Source: an uncultured Actinomycetes bacterium
Lineage (GTDB): Bacteria > Actinomycetota > Actinomycetes > S36-B12 > UBA10799
Assembly (NCBI GenBank): GCA_963752505.1
Contig: CAVVYM010000006.1
Location: forward strand, 192,379-256,378
DNA length: 64,000 nucleotides
Direction of reading: 5' to 3'
Under the pieces are notes generated by a model that had not been told where the DNA came from, searched no databases, and worked only from the letters and a program-made list of their open reading frames with translations. The first letter of the stretch is position 1. Each line of letters opens with the position of its first letter. This document shows, piece by piece, positions 43,251-51,799 of this stretch. Made by a program: the position numbers and the translations under genes.

Positions 43251-43331
43251 CGGGGCACCTCCTTGTGCAGCGACGGTTCCAGCTTGCGGTGACTTGCGGG
43301 GAACCCGAGTGCCGCAGCAGCTCGGGGGTTC

Positions 43332-43373
43332 AAAAAGGGGCTCACCGCCACGTGTGATCGGTGAGGTGAAGCC
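43332..43373 (-). terminator. Terminator-like hairpin between mraZ and rsmH
   Basis: Minus strand CTCACCG-ATCACACGTGG-CGGTGAG-CCCC-TTTTT. Confidence 0.55.
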
Positions 43374-43389
43374 AGGGAGGTGAAATGGT

Positions 43390-43516
43390 CATGCCGCCTG
43401 GTCCCGTCCCGTCACGACTCACGGCTATGCACCGGGGAAGTGTGCACAGGGCGCGGTGTCGGGGATCGGGGAAGTACCCCCGGCACACAGTCGACGGGAA
43501 AGGGCCACACGGCATG
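43390..43516 (-). ncRNA. mraW-motif-like structured RNA with two CUUCCCC loops
   Basis: Outer stem CATGCCG/CGGCATG and TCCCGTC/GACGGGA encloses two hairpins whose loops read ACUUCCCCG on the minus strand (GGGGAAG on + at 43434-43440 and 43468-43474). It sits upstream of rsmH(mraW), as the known motif does. Confidence 0.75.
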
Positions 43517-43521
43517 GCGGA

Positions 43522-43959
43522 TTAGAACAGCCCGGGCACCACCTCCTCGGAGAGATCCGCGAACTGCGGCTCCTGGGAGTCCAGGTAACGCTCCCATTCG
43601 GCGGGATTCCAGATCTCCACCGTGGCGTGGTTACCCACCACGACACAGCCAGCCTCAGGATCAAGACGGGCATAGTCGCGCAGCGCTGGCGGCAGGGTGA
43701 CGCGACCCTGACGATCCGGCACTTGGTCGAAAGCGCTGGAGAAGAAGATCCGGGAGTAGGCACGGGCCCGCGCATCCGACCTGGACGCCTGCAGGATGCG
43801 ACTTGCGTAGTCCTTGAACTCCTCGGCGGGCCACACCACCAGGGAGCGATCTTGACCCTTGGTGAGCACCACGCCTGCCACGAGGTCATCGCGAAACTTG
43901 GCGGGCAGCGTGAGGCGACCCTTGTCGTCAAGTTTCGGGTGGTGAGTGCCCAGGAACAC
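43522..43959 (-). CDS. mraZ: Transcriptional repressor MraZ
   Basis: FLGTHHPKLDDKGRLTLPAKFR, PDRQGRVTLP, VEIW; GTG 43959 with GGAGG RBS. Confidence 0.97.
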   Translation of the reverse strand: MFLGTHHPKLDDKGRLTLPAKFRDDLVAGVVLTKGQDRSLVVWPAEEFKDYASRILQASRSDARARAYSRIFFSSAFDQVPDRQGRVTLPPALRDYARLDPEAGCVVVGNHATVEIWNPAEWERYLDSQEPQFADLSEEVVPGLF

Positions 43960-43999
43960 GGCAAACCACCTCCACATTGTGCGCCCGAACTCCAGTTCG

Positions 44000-44066
44000 C
44001 CCCACTTTACCCCACTTCACCCCACAATCAACCCTCAGATGGTGCCATGGCCCCACTTCACCCCTC
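44000..44066 (-). promoter_or_regulatory. MraZ binding boxes (GTGGG at 10-nt period)
   Basis: CCCAC on + at 44001, 44011 and 44021, with a further copy at 44052, directly upstream of mraZ. Confidence 0.8.
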
Positions 44067-44154
44067 ATGGCGTCGCTTGTGATCACACGGGGCACCTGCA
44101 ACTGCGCGGGGACGGACGTGGTCAGCGCTCGCCGGTGGAATGTTTCACGGCATG

Positions 44155-44193
44155 AAAAAAACCGAGCGCCCTCATGTTGAGGGCGCTCGGTTT
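44155..44193 (-). terminator. Intrinsic terminator after the DUF3040 gene
   Basis: Perfect stem ACCGAGCGCCCTCA/TGAGGGCGCTCGGT followed by a U-run on the minus strand. Confidence 0.9.
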
Positions 44194-44206
44194 GTCTGTC
44201 GTGTAA

Positions 44207-44614
44207 CTACTCGGGGTCACCTTCATGGCGGTGACGCCAGCGATCCTCCATCTTCCCCATGAAGCCGCCTGATTCGGTGGGGCTCCCGGTGGAACCGCTT
44301 GAGGGCCCGGGTTGTGCGCCCGCATCCTTCTTGGCCGCGGGCGCCTCCGTCGTGGTCCCGCCGGTGAACGCCAGAATCGCTCCCCCGAGCATCACTACGA
44401 ATCCGATCACACCGACCACGGGTAGTTTGACTGCCACGCCTGCCAGAAGGAGCCCGAGGCCCAGCGCGGCGACCACCACGCCCAGAACCAGTCGTTTGCG
44501 CGAGCCCTGCCGGATGACCGGTTGGCGCAGGGTCGAGGCAAACTTGGGATCCTCGGCGTATAGCGCCCGCTCCATTTGTTCAAGCAGACGCTGCTCGTGC
44601 TCGGATAGTGGCAC
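44207..44614 (-). CDS. DUF3040 membrane protein
   Basis: PLSEHEQRLLEQMERALYAEDPKFA, two TMs, FMGKMEDRWRHR; GTG 44614 with GGAGG. Confidence 0.9.
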   Translation of the reverse strand: MPLSEHEQRLLEQMERALYAEDPKFASTLRQPVIRQGSRKRLVLGVVVAALGLGLLLAGVAVKLPVVGVIGFVVMLGGAILAFTGGTTTEAPAAKKDAGAQPGPSSGSTGSPTESGGFMGKMEDRWRHRHEGDPE

Positions 44615-44775
44615 GGCCCACCTCCACGTCGAGATTGTTTTGTCGGCCGCTCGTCGGCTGAGAAGCCCAGGATAGGCGCGTTCACCGTGATTGCGAAACC
44701 CAGACTGGGAAATGCTTGGTGAAAATTGCGCCTGACCTCCGCTCGGCTCAGCCGACAGGTCCGACATCTGACTTC

Positions 44776-46014
44776 TCAAGTATCCTCCCACGGCTGGCGC
44801 ACGACCAGCCGGGCCGGTCGGATCGCATCCTTGCCATAGCGACGACTGGCCCGGTCCACCGCCTGTTCGGCTTCCCGCCACCCGTGCTCGCGTTCACCCA
44901 GCAGAAGTTGATGCGGGGCTCCGTCGGAATCACTGAGGTTCGCCATGCGGACTCCCACGAGTCGGATGCGTGCCCGCTGGAGACCCAAGGCCTCGAGTAG
45001 TTGGTTGGCCGTGCGATAGACCTCCTGCCCGACATCCACCGGTTCGGCCAATGTTCGGCTGCGTGTGAGAGTGGTGAAGTCCGCGAATCGAACTTTGAGC
45101 ACCACGGTGCGACCCACCACTCCGGCCGCACGCATCCGGGCGGCCACCCTCTCGCTGAGGCGCAGCACCTCCGCAGTCACGACCGTCATATCGTCCACAT
45201 CGACCGGGAAGGTCTCCTCGGCTCCGATGCTGCGTTCCGGCTCGTCGCGCCGCACGGCCCGCTCATCGCGTCCCCACGCCAGGGCGTGCAGCTGCCTTCC
45301 GGCGGCATCGCCCAGCGCCCGTTGCAGGGTGACCGGCGGAGTACCAGCGAGGTCACCCACGGTGCGCAGTCCGAGGCGGTGCAACTGCTCCTCAGTACGC
45401 TGACCCACGCCCCACAGTGCCCCCACTGGAAGGGGATGCAGGAAGGCGACCACCTCGTTGACCGGCACCACAAGCAAGCCGTCGGGTTTGCTCTGCGTCG
45501 AGGCTAGTTTGGCCACGAACTTGGTGCTGGCCACACCAACAGAAGCGACCAGCCCCTGCTCGTCGTGAATCCGTGCTCGGATCAATTCGGCGATCTTCCG
45601 AGGGGAGCCCAACCTGCGCAGCGCTCCTGCAACGTCGAGGAAGGCCTCGTCGAGCGCCAAAGGTTCGACGAGATCGGTGATGCTGCGAAACACCTCCATG
45701 ATCCCTTCGCTGGCGCGAGCGTAGTGACGATGATCCGGTGTGATGACGACGGCGTTGGGTGCGAGTCGACGTGCCCGGGCCATCGGCATCGCCGAATGCA
45801 CCCCCAACTCCCGTGCTTCGTAGGTGGCGGAAAGAACCACACCCCGGTTGCCGGAGCCACCGACAATCACCGGTTGCCCCCGCAGGTGGGGTCGGCTGAG
45901 CAATTCGACCGAGGCGTAGAAGGCGTCCATGTCGACGTGGAGGACGGTGCATCCCGTGTCGTCGTCACCTGCCGACGACAGCCGCGGGCCCCGATTGAGT
46001 TGGGACCTACTCAT
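44776..46014 (-). CDS. dinB: DNA polymerase IV (Y family)
   Basis: HVDMDAFYASVE, SATYEAR, LDEAFLD, AKLAS...KPDG, RLVGV, QLLL clamp motif. Confidence 0.95.
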   Translation of the reverse strand: MSRSQLNRGPRLSSAGDDDTGCTVLHVDMDAFYASVELLSRPHLRGQPVIVGGSGNRGVVLSATYEARELGVHSAMPMARARRLAPNAVVITPDHRHYARASEGIMEVFRSITDLVEPLALDEAFLDVAGALRRLGSPRKIAELIRARIHDEQGLVASVGVASTKFVAKLASTQSKPDGLLVVPVNEVVAFLHPLPVGALWGVGQRTEEQLHRLGLRTVGDLAGTPPVTLQRALGDAAGRQLHALAWGRDERAVRRDEPERSIGAEETFPVDVDDMTVVTAEVLRLSERVAARMRAAGVVGRTVVLKVRFADFTTLTRSRTLAEPVDVGQEVYRTANQLLEALGLQRARIRLVGVRMANLSDSDGAPHQLLLGEREHGWREAEQAVDRASRRYGKDAIRPARLVVRQPWEDT

Positions 46015-46026
46015 CCCTGACCCCTC

Positions 46027-49000
46027 TCATCGGCCCGAACTTCCGTGACTGCTGTGCCACAGTTTGGCGGGCGCGTCCTCCGCGGCCGACACAGCGCCCA
46101 CAATGCCGCGGCCATTTGCGACATCGCCACCTGCGGGGCGGATGTCGGCATACGGCGACTTCCGGAATCCGCTGGCGTACTGCCAGACACGGCCGGCCGG
46201 CGTCCTGGCACCACGGCCGGCATCTGCCGGGCTCGGGGCATTCATGATGACCTCGCCGACCGCAGCGACCCCTCCTGTGAGCCATATCCGATGCATGGCG
46301 GTCAGATCCCAGCAGCCAGTGGCCCGCAACGACACTCCCCGGGGCCCGGTACGGCGTACCCGTCCGCGCACCAGAAGCAACCAGGAACCGAACACCACCT
46401 GGGCGTATGGGTCTTGAGCATCGGGAAAGAACGTGGTGTCAATCGGCCCCGCCCCGTCGTCCAGGGTGAGGAACACCACCCGATGCCCACTGCGGATCGG
46501 CGGCGTTTGGGTTGCGACCTTGACTCCGCCCACCACGATCTCCTGGCTGGAGCGGCACTTCAGCAGCCCAGTCGATCGAGTCGCCCCGAGCTCAGCAAGC
46601 ATGGGTGCGTAGAAGTCGACCAAATGCGCGCTGGCGTCGAGGCCGAGCACCGCGAGTTCGGCCTGCACCCGGTCGCTTGCAGACATCTCCGGCAGACCAC
46701 TCGGCGTGGTGGTCACACACGACTCCCCCAGGTCCAAACTCAACTGCACTGTCGGAGCGGATGACGCCGCCACTGGCGCTTGCCCCTGGCGCCTGGCCGC
46801 GGTCACCGAATCGAAAGTGGTCGCCGGATGGGAGGTCGGTGCCCCTGCCCGTCGACGCTTCTTGGACCCGTTGTGACGCCGGTCGATGCGATCCACCCGG
46901 TCGAGATCTGCGACCTGCAACAGCAGATCTCGGCGGGTGATCCGGCGCTGCCCGTTTCCGGCGACCACTGCCATGCCGAGCACCGAATCGAACGCACCGG
47001 TGACGATCAACCCCTCCACCGTCGTTTTGCTCGCCCCGGAGCGTCGCCAGAAGTCGGGGAGATCAAGGTAGGGCTGACCCGCCACGATGCTCGCCACTTC
47101 GGCATCGCTGATCCCCTTGACCTCGGCGAGCGCCAACCGGATCCCATAGCGTCCCGTGGTCTCGTCGTGCTCCACCTGGTAGGTGGCAACCGAACGGTTG
47201 ACGTCCAGCGGTAGCACGGCAATTCCGTGCTGGCGGGCGTCATCGAGGATGAGCCGCTTCGGATACATGCCGGGGTCATGGGTGAGCACACCTGCGTAGA
47301 ACGCGGCCGGATGATGGGCTTTCAGCCACGCCGAGTGATAGGTGGGCAGCGCGAAAGCCGCCGCATGGGCCTTACAGAAGCCAAATGAGGCAAAGGCGCG
47401 CAGCACCTCCCAGGTGGCCTCGATCGTGGCGACGTCGTAGCCCTTCTCGTGAGCGAGCCGGTAGAACCAGCCCCGCACCTGTTGCTGGCCATCGGGACTG
47501 CCCATGGATCGGCGTACTTCGTCGGCCTCGGCGTGGCTGCAACCGGTCATTACCGCGACGATGCGCAGCACCTGCTCGTGATAGACCACCACGCCATAGG
47601 TTTCCGCGAGTGCCGGACGGAGATCGTCATGGATGTACTCGGGGGCCCGCCAGCCGTGACGTGCCCCGAGGAAGGGGGTGATCATGTCGCTCTTCACCGG
47701 ACCGGGGCGGAACAGGGAGATGTCGATGATGATGTGGTCGAACGTCTCCGGGGCGAACTTGCCGAGTAGTTCCCGTTGACCGGGCGATTCGATCTGGAAG
47801 CAGCCCAACGTGCGAGTGGAACGAATCAACTCGAACGTGCTCGAATCATCGAGCGGAAGGTCGTCGAGCACGATCTCTTCAGCATCCACCCGGCGCACCT
47901 CGGCCACCGCATGCTGCAGCGCCGATTGCATCCGGATGCCCAGCACATCGAGTTTCAGGAAGCCGAGAGCCTCAACTTCGTCCTTGTCGAACTGACTCAT
48001 CGGAAAGCCCTGCCAACTGGCTTCCACCGGTGTGCGGTCGAGCATGGTGGCATCCGACAGCAGCACTCCGCAGGGGTGGACCGCAATATGGCGGGGTAGA
48101 CCGTCAAGCGACTCGACCAGATCGAGGAACACGTCCAACTCGCCGCTGGCTGCCAACTGGCCGATACCCGAACTCCGCAATTCGGGCAGATCCTGCAACG
48201 CCGATCGCACGTCGGCCGCCCGGATGTGGGGGAAGGCCTTGGCGAAAGTGTCGATCTCGCCAGGGGGCATGCCCAGGGCGGCACCCACATCGCGGATTGC
48301 GTGGCGCACCCGGTAGGTATCACGCATCGAGACGCACGTGCAGCGCTCACCGCCGAATCGGTCGAGGATCCGCTCGTACACCTCGGTCCGGCGTGCTGAT
48401 TCGACATCGACGTCGATGTCGGGCAGGGATCGCCGCAACGGGGAGAGGAACCGCTCCATCAACAGGTCGTGTTTCAGCGGATCGACCCCGGAGATGCCCA
48501 GAAGGTGGTTCACCAGGCTCCCCGCACCTGACCCTCTGGCAGCTGCGCGCACGCCCATCTCACGGATGAGATCAACAACCTCGGCGACGGTGAGGAAGTA
48601 GCCGGCGAATCCAAGGTCCGCGATGGTGGCCAACTCCGCCTCGAGCCGGTCGCCGGCAGCACGGCGATGCCCCCAGCCTCGGCGGTTCAACTCGGCCTCG
48701 CAGCGCGATCGGAGGAGGTGCTGCGCTTGCGCCGCTTCGGCGTCCACCAGCGCCCGGCTTCGTCGGCGAGTGTCGTATCCGGCGAGCACTGCGCCCACCT
48801 CTCGGGTGGCACCGGTTCCAAGTGCGCCCCGGCGCTGCACCACCTCGAGTTCGGGCACGTGGATGTCGCCAAGGCCCACGTCCGCAATCGGATCGAGCAA
48901 GCACTCCTGGGCCACCGCAACAGTGCTGGCCAGCAACTCCCGACCCAGGGACGCCACGCTGCCGGTGTCGACGAAACCGGCGATCTCTGCAACCACCGGG

Positions 49001-49842
49001 CGCAGTTGCTCCCAACTCTTGAGGTAACCCTGTGCGTTGGCGCGGTCAAGATGGCGCACATCGAGCGGCACGAGTCGCCGAATGGCGTCTAGCGTGTCGG
49101 CCACCGGAGCGCTCGCGGCAGACACATAGCGAACGGCGTTGCTCAACACCGCTGCCACCCCGCACTGCTTGGCCACCGACAGTAAGCCCGCAGCCGCCCG
49201 AGCCGAACGCACCACAGCGTTGGCAGATCGTCCGGCTGCTCCCCCTCCCCCGTCTCGGCTGCGGTGCGATGCCACCTCTACCCGCACCGCCGCTGGTCCG
49301 ACTCGGGCGAGCCACCAACGGAGTTCGGTCGCCGCGACATCTGGTCGCCGCCTGGCAACTGCCTGCCCAACAGTCGAATCGGCTCCGAGAAGCACGATGA
49401 GATCCCCGTGACGGACGTACTCAGCGATGAGTTCTGCCGTCGCCGCCGGCTTTCCGCGCTCCCCTCCGAGGTGGACTGCGGACACCAACCGGCACAGCGC
49501 CGCCCACCCCCGCCCGCCACGTGCAAGCACGACGGTGCGCGAATCGGCCTCCCAGACTGCTGCTCCACCACGAGTCGGAGTCCGCTTCGGACGACCCGGG
49601 CCGCCCGCTTGGGACACCTGCTGGTGCGTAACGGAGAGATCGACCCCCAAGATGCAGCCAACTCCCGCCTCGCGGCACGCCTGTGCGAACCTCACAGCGC
49701 CGTAGAGACCGTCACGATCAGTCAGGGCGATCGCACGCTGCCCCAATTCAGCGGCCTGGTTCACGAGTGCGTCGGGTGCCGAAACACCGTGACGCAAGGA
49801 GAAGCTCGAGACCGTCCGGAGGTGGACAAACGGATCCATCAT
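46027..49842 (-). CDS. dnaE2: Error-prone DNA polymerase III alpha (actinobacterial DnaE2 type)
   Basis: Degenerate PHP (TDRDGLYG), RGSGAGS, PDIDVD, KLDVLG, FGFCKAHAAAF, OB fold, terminal LWHSSHGS. Confidence 0.92.
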   Translation of the reverse strand: MMDPFVHLRTVSSFSLRHGVSAPDALVNQAAELGQRAIALTDRDGLYGAVRFAQACREAGVGCILGVDLSVTHQQVSQAGGPGRPKRTPTRGGAAVWEADSRTVVLARGGRGWAALCRLVSAVHLGGERGKPAATAELIAEYVRHGDLIVLLGADSTVGQAVARRRPDVAATELRWWLARVGPAAVRVEVASHRSRDGGGGAAGRSANAVVRSARAAAGLLSVAKQCGVAAVLSNAVRYVSAASAPVADTLDAIRRLVPLDVRHLDRANAQGYLKSWEQLRPVVAEIAGFVDTGSVASLGRELLASTVAVAQECLLDPIADVGLGDIHVPELEVVQRRGALGTGATREVGAVLAGYDTRRRSRALVDAEAAQAQHLLRSRCEAELNRRGWGHRRAAGDRLEAELATIADLGFAGYFLTVAEVVDLIREMGVRAAARGSGAGSLVNHLLGISGVDPLKHDLLMERFLSPLRRSLPDIDVDVESARRTEVYERILDRFGGERCTCVSMRDTYRVRHAIRDVGAALGMPPGEIDTFAKAFPHIRAADVRSALQDLPELRSSGIGQLAASGELDVFLDLVESLDGLPRHIAVHPCGVLLSDATMLDRTPVEASWQGFPMSQFDKDEVEALGFLKLDVLGIRMQSALQHAVAEVRRVDAEEIVLDDLPLDDSSTFELIRSTRTLGCFQIESPGQRELLGKFAPETFDHIIIDISLFRPGPVKSDMITPFLGARHGWRAPEYIHDDLRPALAETYGVVVYHEQVLRIVAVMTGCSHAEADEVRRSMGSPDGQQQVRGWFYRLAHEKGYDVATIEATWEVLRAFASFGFCKAHAAAFALPTYHSAWLKAHHPAAFYAGVLTHDPGMYPKRLILDDARQHGIAVLPLDVNRSVATYQVEHDETTGRYGIRLALAEVKGISDAEVASIVAGQPYLDLPDFWRRSGASKTTVEGLIVTGAFDSVLGMAVVAGNGQRRITRRDLLLQVADLDRVDRIDRRHNGSKKRRRAGAPTSHPATTFDSVTAARRQGQAPVAASSAPTVQLSLDLGESCVTTTPSGLPEMSASDRVQAELAVLGLDASAHLVDFYAPMLAELGATRSTGLLKCRSSQEIVVGGVKVATQTPPIRSGHRVVFLTLDDGAGPIDTTFFPDAQDPYAQVVFGSWLLLVRGRVRRTGPRGVSLRATGCWDLTAMHRIWLTGGVAAVGEVIMNAPSPADAGRGARTPAGRVWQYASGFRKSPYADIRPAGGDVANGRGIVGAVSAAEDAPAKLWHSSHGSSGR

Positions 49843-50276
49843 CACCCCGTCTGCCTCAAAACCGGCATAGCACCCAGCTCCTGCTGGTGCGCCACCCCTA
49901 ACTGCCGGCACACCAAATCGAGGAAGCACTCCGCATCCCGGGTGAGATCTGCTGCCTCCCGCGGCGTCACCTGCCCCAGACCCGCTTCAGCGGCGGCCCG
50001 CTTTGACGCTCCCGCTGCGAAAAAGGCCGCCCACTCCGAAAACTCGGGCGCCATGACCGTCAGCAAGTCCCATGCGCTGCGCGGCCGGCGACGCCCATTC
50101 GGTTTGCCCTTGCACGCGAGGACGGCGGCGGCTGCGCGGAGCGCCGCCAGGTGGGCCAGCGCGTACTGCTCACGTGGTTGTTCGGCACTCGAAGCAGCAG
50201 CGATGCCGCGTGCCGAAGCAGCCAGCAGATCCTTTGCAGCCGACGGTACCCGCGCGGGTGTCGGAACGTGGATCAT
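49842..50276 (-). CDS. SAV_6107-family HEPN domain protein
   Basis: YALAHLAALRAAAAVLA, SAWDLLTVMAPEFSEWAAFFAAGASKRAAAEAG, READLTRDAECFL-like end; AGGAGG RBS; stop overlaps the dnaE2 start. Confidence 0.85.
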   Translation of the reverse strand: MIHVPTPARVPSAAKDLLAASARGIAAASSAEQPREQYALAHLAALRAAAAVLACKGKPNGRRRPRSAWDLLTVMAPEFSEWAAFFAAGASKRAAAEAGLGQVTPREAADLTRDAECFLDLVCRQLGVAHQQELGAMPVLRQTG

Positions 50277-50319
50277 GGTCAATCCCTCCTTGATGTGGTG
50301 AATGGCGTCGCTTGGTTCG

Positions 50320-50682
50320 TCAGTCCCAGACCCGAGTGAGCCACCATCGCTCCGATCCGGGTTCGTACACGAGGTCGTAAGTGCCGGGTGCCGACTCCGC
50401 CAACCTCGGACGCCGCTCAGCCCTCGCCGTGACCCGCCACACCAGGTGCTCTGCCAACTCGCCATCGAACGTCATCGGTATGGCTCGCGGGCTAAGCGCA
50501 GCGCCGCGTCGCCACCATGGGATCGCCTCGATCCAGTGGCTCAACACATCAATGACCCGATACCACCGTTGACCGCGACGGAAGCGCACTGGAGGTGACT
50601 CCGTCGTGATCAACGCACCCTCCCCACCTGTGGGTGAGCTGGCGGTCTGCACCAGGCAGATGTCCTGGTGTCGTCTGCTCAT
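50320..50682 (-). CDS. DUF6504-family protein
   Basis: PVRFRRGQRWYRVIDVLSHW...PWW, EHLVWRV, YDL...WWLTRVWD; GGAGG RBS before ATG 50682. Confidence 0.8.
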   Translation of the reverse strand: MSRRHQDICLVQTASSPTGGEGALITTESPPVRFRRGQRWYRVIDVLSHWIEAIPWWRRGAALSPRAIPMTFDGELAEHLVWRVTARAERRPRLAESAPGTYDLVYEPGSERWWLTRVWD

Positions 50683-50795
50683 GAGGCCCCTCCGATCGCT
50701 GGTCCACCTGAGGAGGCGGACGGGTTGATGTGTTGCTGTGGTGACTGCCGTGGCTGGTCGCAGTAGTGCTGAGTAGTTCCCCATGACAGCCATAA

Positions 50796-50811
50796 TCGAA
50801 CATAGGTACGA
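50796..50811. promoter_or_regulatory. LexA (SOS) box
   Basis: TCGAAC-ATAG-GTACGA, one mismatch to the actinobacterial TCGAAC-N4-GTTCGA. A weaker copy TCGAACATATTTACTA lies at 50867-50882. Confidence 0.8.
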
Positions 50812-50905
50812 CAAATCCAGTGGAGCAGGGTTGAACTCACCGCGTCAAGACGTTTGACACATTTTATCGAACATATTTACTAAGACTTGGTGCTAGCCTC
50901 TGACC

Positions 50906-51079
50906 ATGACCGGCACCCAACCTCCGGCGGGGGCCGACCTCCCCCCGGTAGCCGCCAGATTCCGGCAACTACTACTCGACAGCGACCACCCCGACACCGT
51001 CGTCGCACTGCCCGACAGCGCCCGCACCGCCGCGGAGGCAGCAGTCGCCCTGGGCACCACGGCCCGCCGACAACCGTGA
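50906..51079 (+). pseudogene. Truncated YbaK/EbsC-family aminoacyl-tRNA deacylase (N-terminal 57 aa only)
   Basis: Manual translation: MTGTQPPAGADLPPVAARFRQLLLDSDHPDTVVALPDSARTAAEAAVALGTTARRQP*. LPDSARTAAEAA-ALG is the YbaK N-terminal motif; the downstream KSL motif is absent. Confidence 0.7.
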
Positions 51080-51114
51080 CCTGACCCCACCTGCGACATC
51101 CCCGAGAAGTAGCG

Positions 51115-51138
51115 AAACCTGTTGCACTGCAACGGTTT
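51115..51138. promoter_or_regulatory. Palindromic operator candidate
   Basis: AAACC-T-GTTGCA-C-TGCAAC-GGTTT upstream of the 51213-55466 gene run. Confidence 0.45.
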
Positions 51139-51212
51139 TGATGAGATGGGAATCACTCGAAACGGGGCCCTTCAGCCCTGGCATTCCGGCCGGAAATCCG
51201 TACCGTGGAAGT

Positions 51213-51791
51213 ATGGCTGCCACCCCACCTTCCGCACCTGCCGCCGACCACGTGTCGGCCGTCGACGTGCACGCGGAGCACCTCGTGGTGCGCAGCCGGC
51301 TCGGCTCACGCGTGGTGGGGCCGCTGACCTTCGACATAGCGCCCGGAGCCTTGGCGCTTGCGACCGGCGACAGCCCCGCCGGCCGCTGGGCACTGGCCGC
51401 CGCACTCACCGGTCGACTACCGCTGGAGCGCATGCGCGCCGTGGGATCGCTGTCCGTGGGAGGCATGACGACACCGCCGATGATCCGCAACGTCTCGGTG
51501 CTGGCACAGTCATGGCGCATGCGGCGGGTACCCGAACCCAGTGACCGCCGACTGGGGGCCATGGCGTGGGCCCGGCGCACGGACGCGGGCCTCGTCGTGC
51601 TCAGCCCAGGCCTCGATGGACTGGACGCCGCACAGCGCCAAGTGGTGCTCATTGGGGCTCAGGAGTTGGCCGCGGAGGGCCGCACTGTGCTGGTCACCGC
51701 GCCGCAGAGCGCGATCGGGGCCGCAGAGCGGCACCTGGTGAGCGATACCATCGCGTTGGCCACAGTCGGCCGCACAACCTCTGCAGCCTGA
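51213..51791 (+). CDS. Degenerate ABC-ATPase-like protein
   Basis: GPLTFDIAPGALALATGDSPAGRWAL (decayed Walker A), LVVLSPGLDGLD (decayed Walker B/D-loop), GRTVLVT. Confidence 0.6.
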   Translation: MAATPPSAPAADHVSAVDVHAEHLVVRSRLGSRVVGPLTFDIAPGALALATGDSPAGRWALAAALTGRLPLERMRAVGSLSVGGMTTPPMIRNVSVLAQSWRMRRVPEPSDRRLGAMAWARRTDAGLVVLSPGLDGLDAAQRQVVLIGAQELAAEGRTVLVTAPQSAIGAAERHLVSDTIALATVGRTTSAA

Positions 51792-51799
51792 GGAGGGCG

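Noticed and set aside
44000-44066. Short periodic repeats as a possible CRISPR or iteron array
   Set aside because: A 10-nt period of GTGGG directly upstream of mraZ fits MraZ boxes; no spacers or cas genes.
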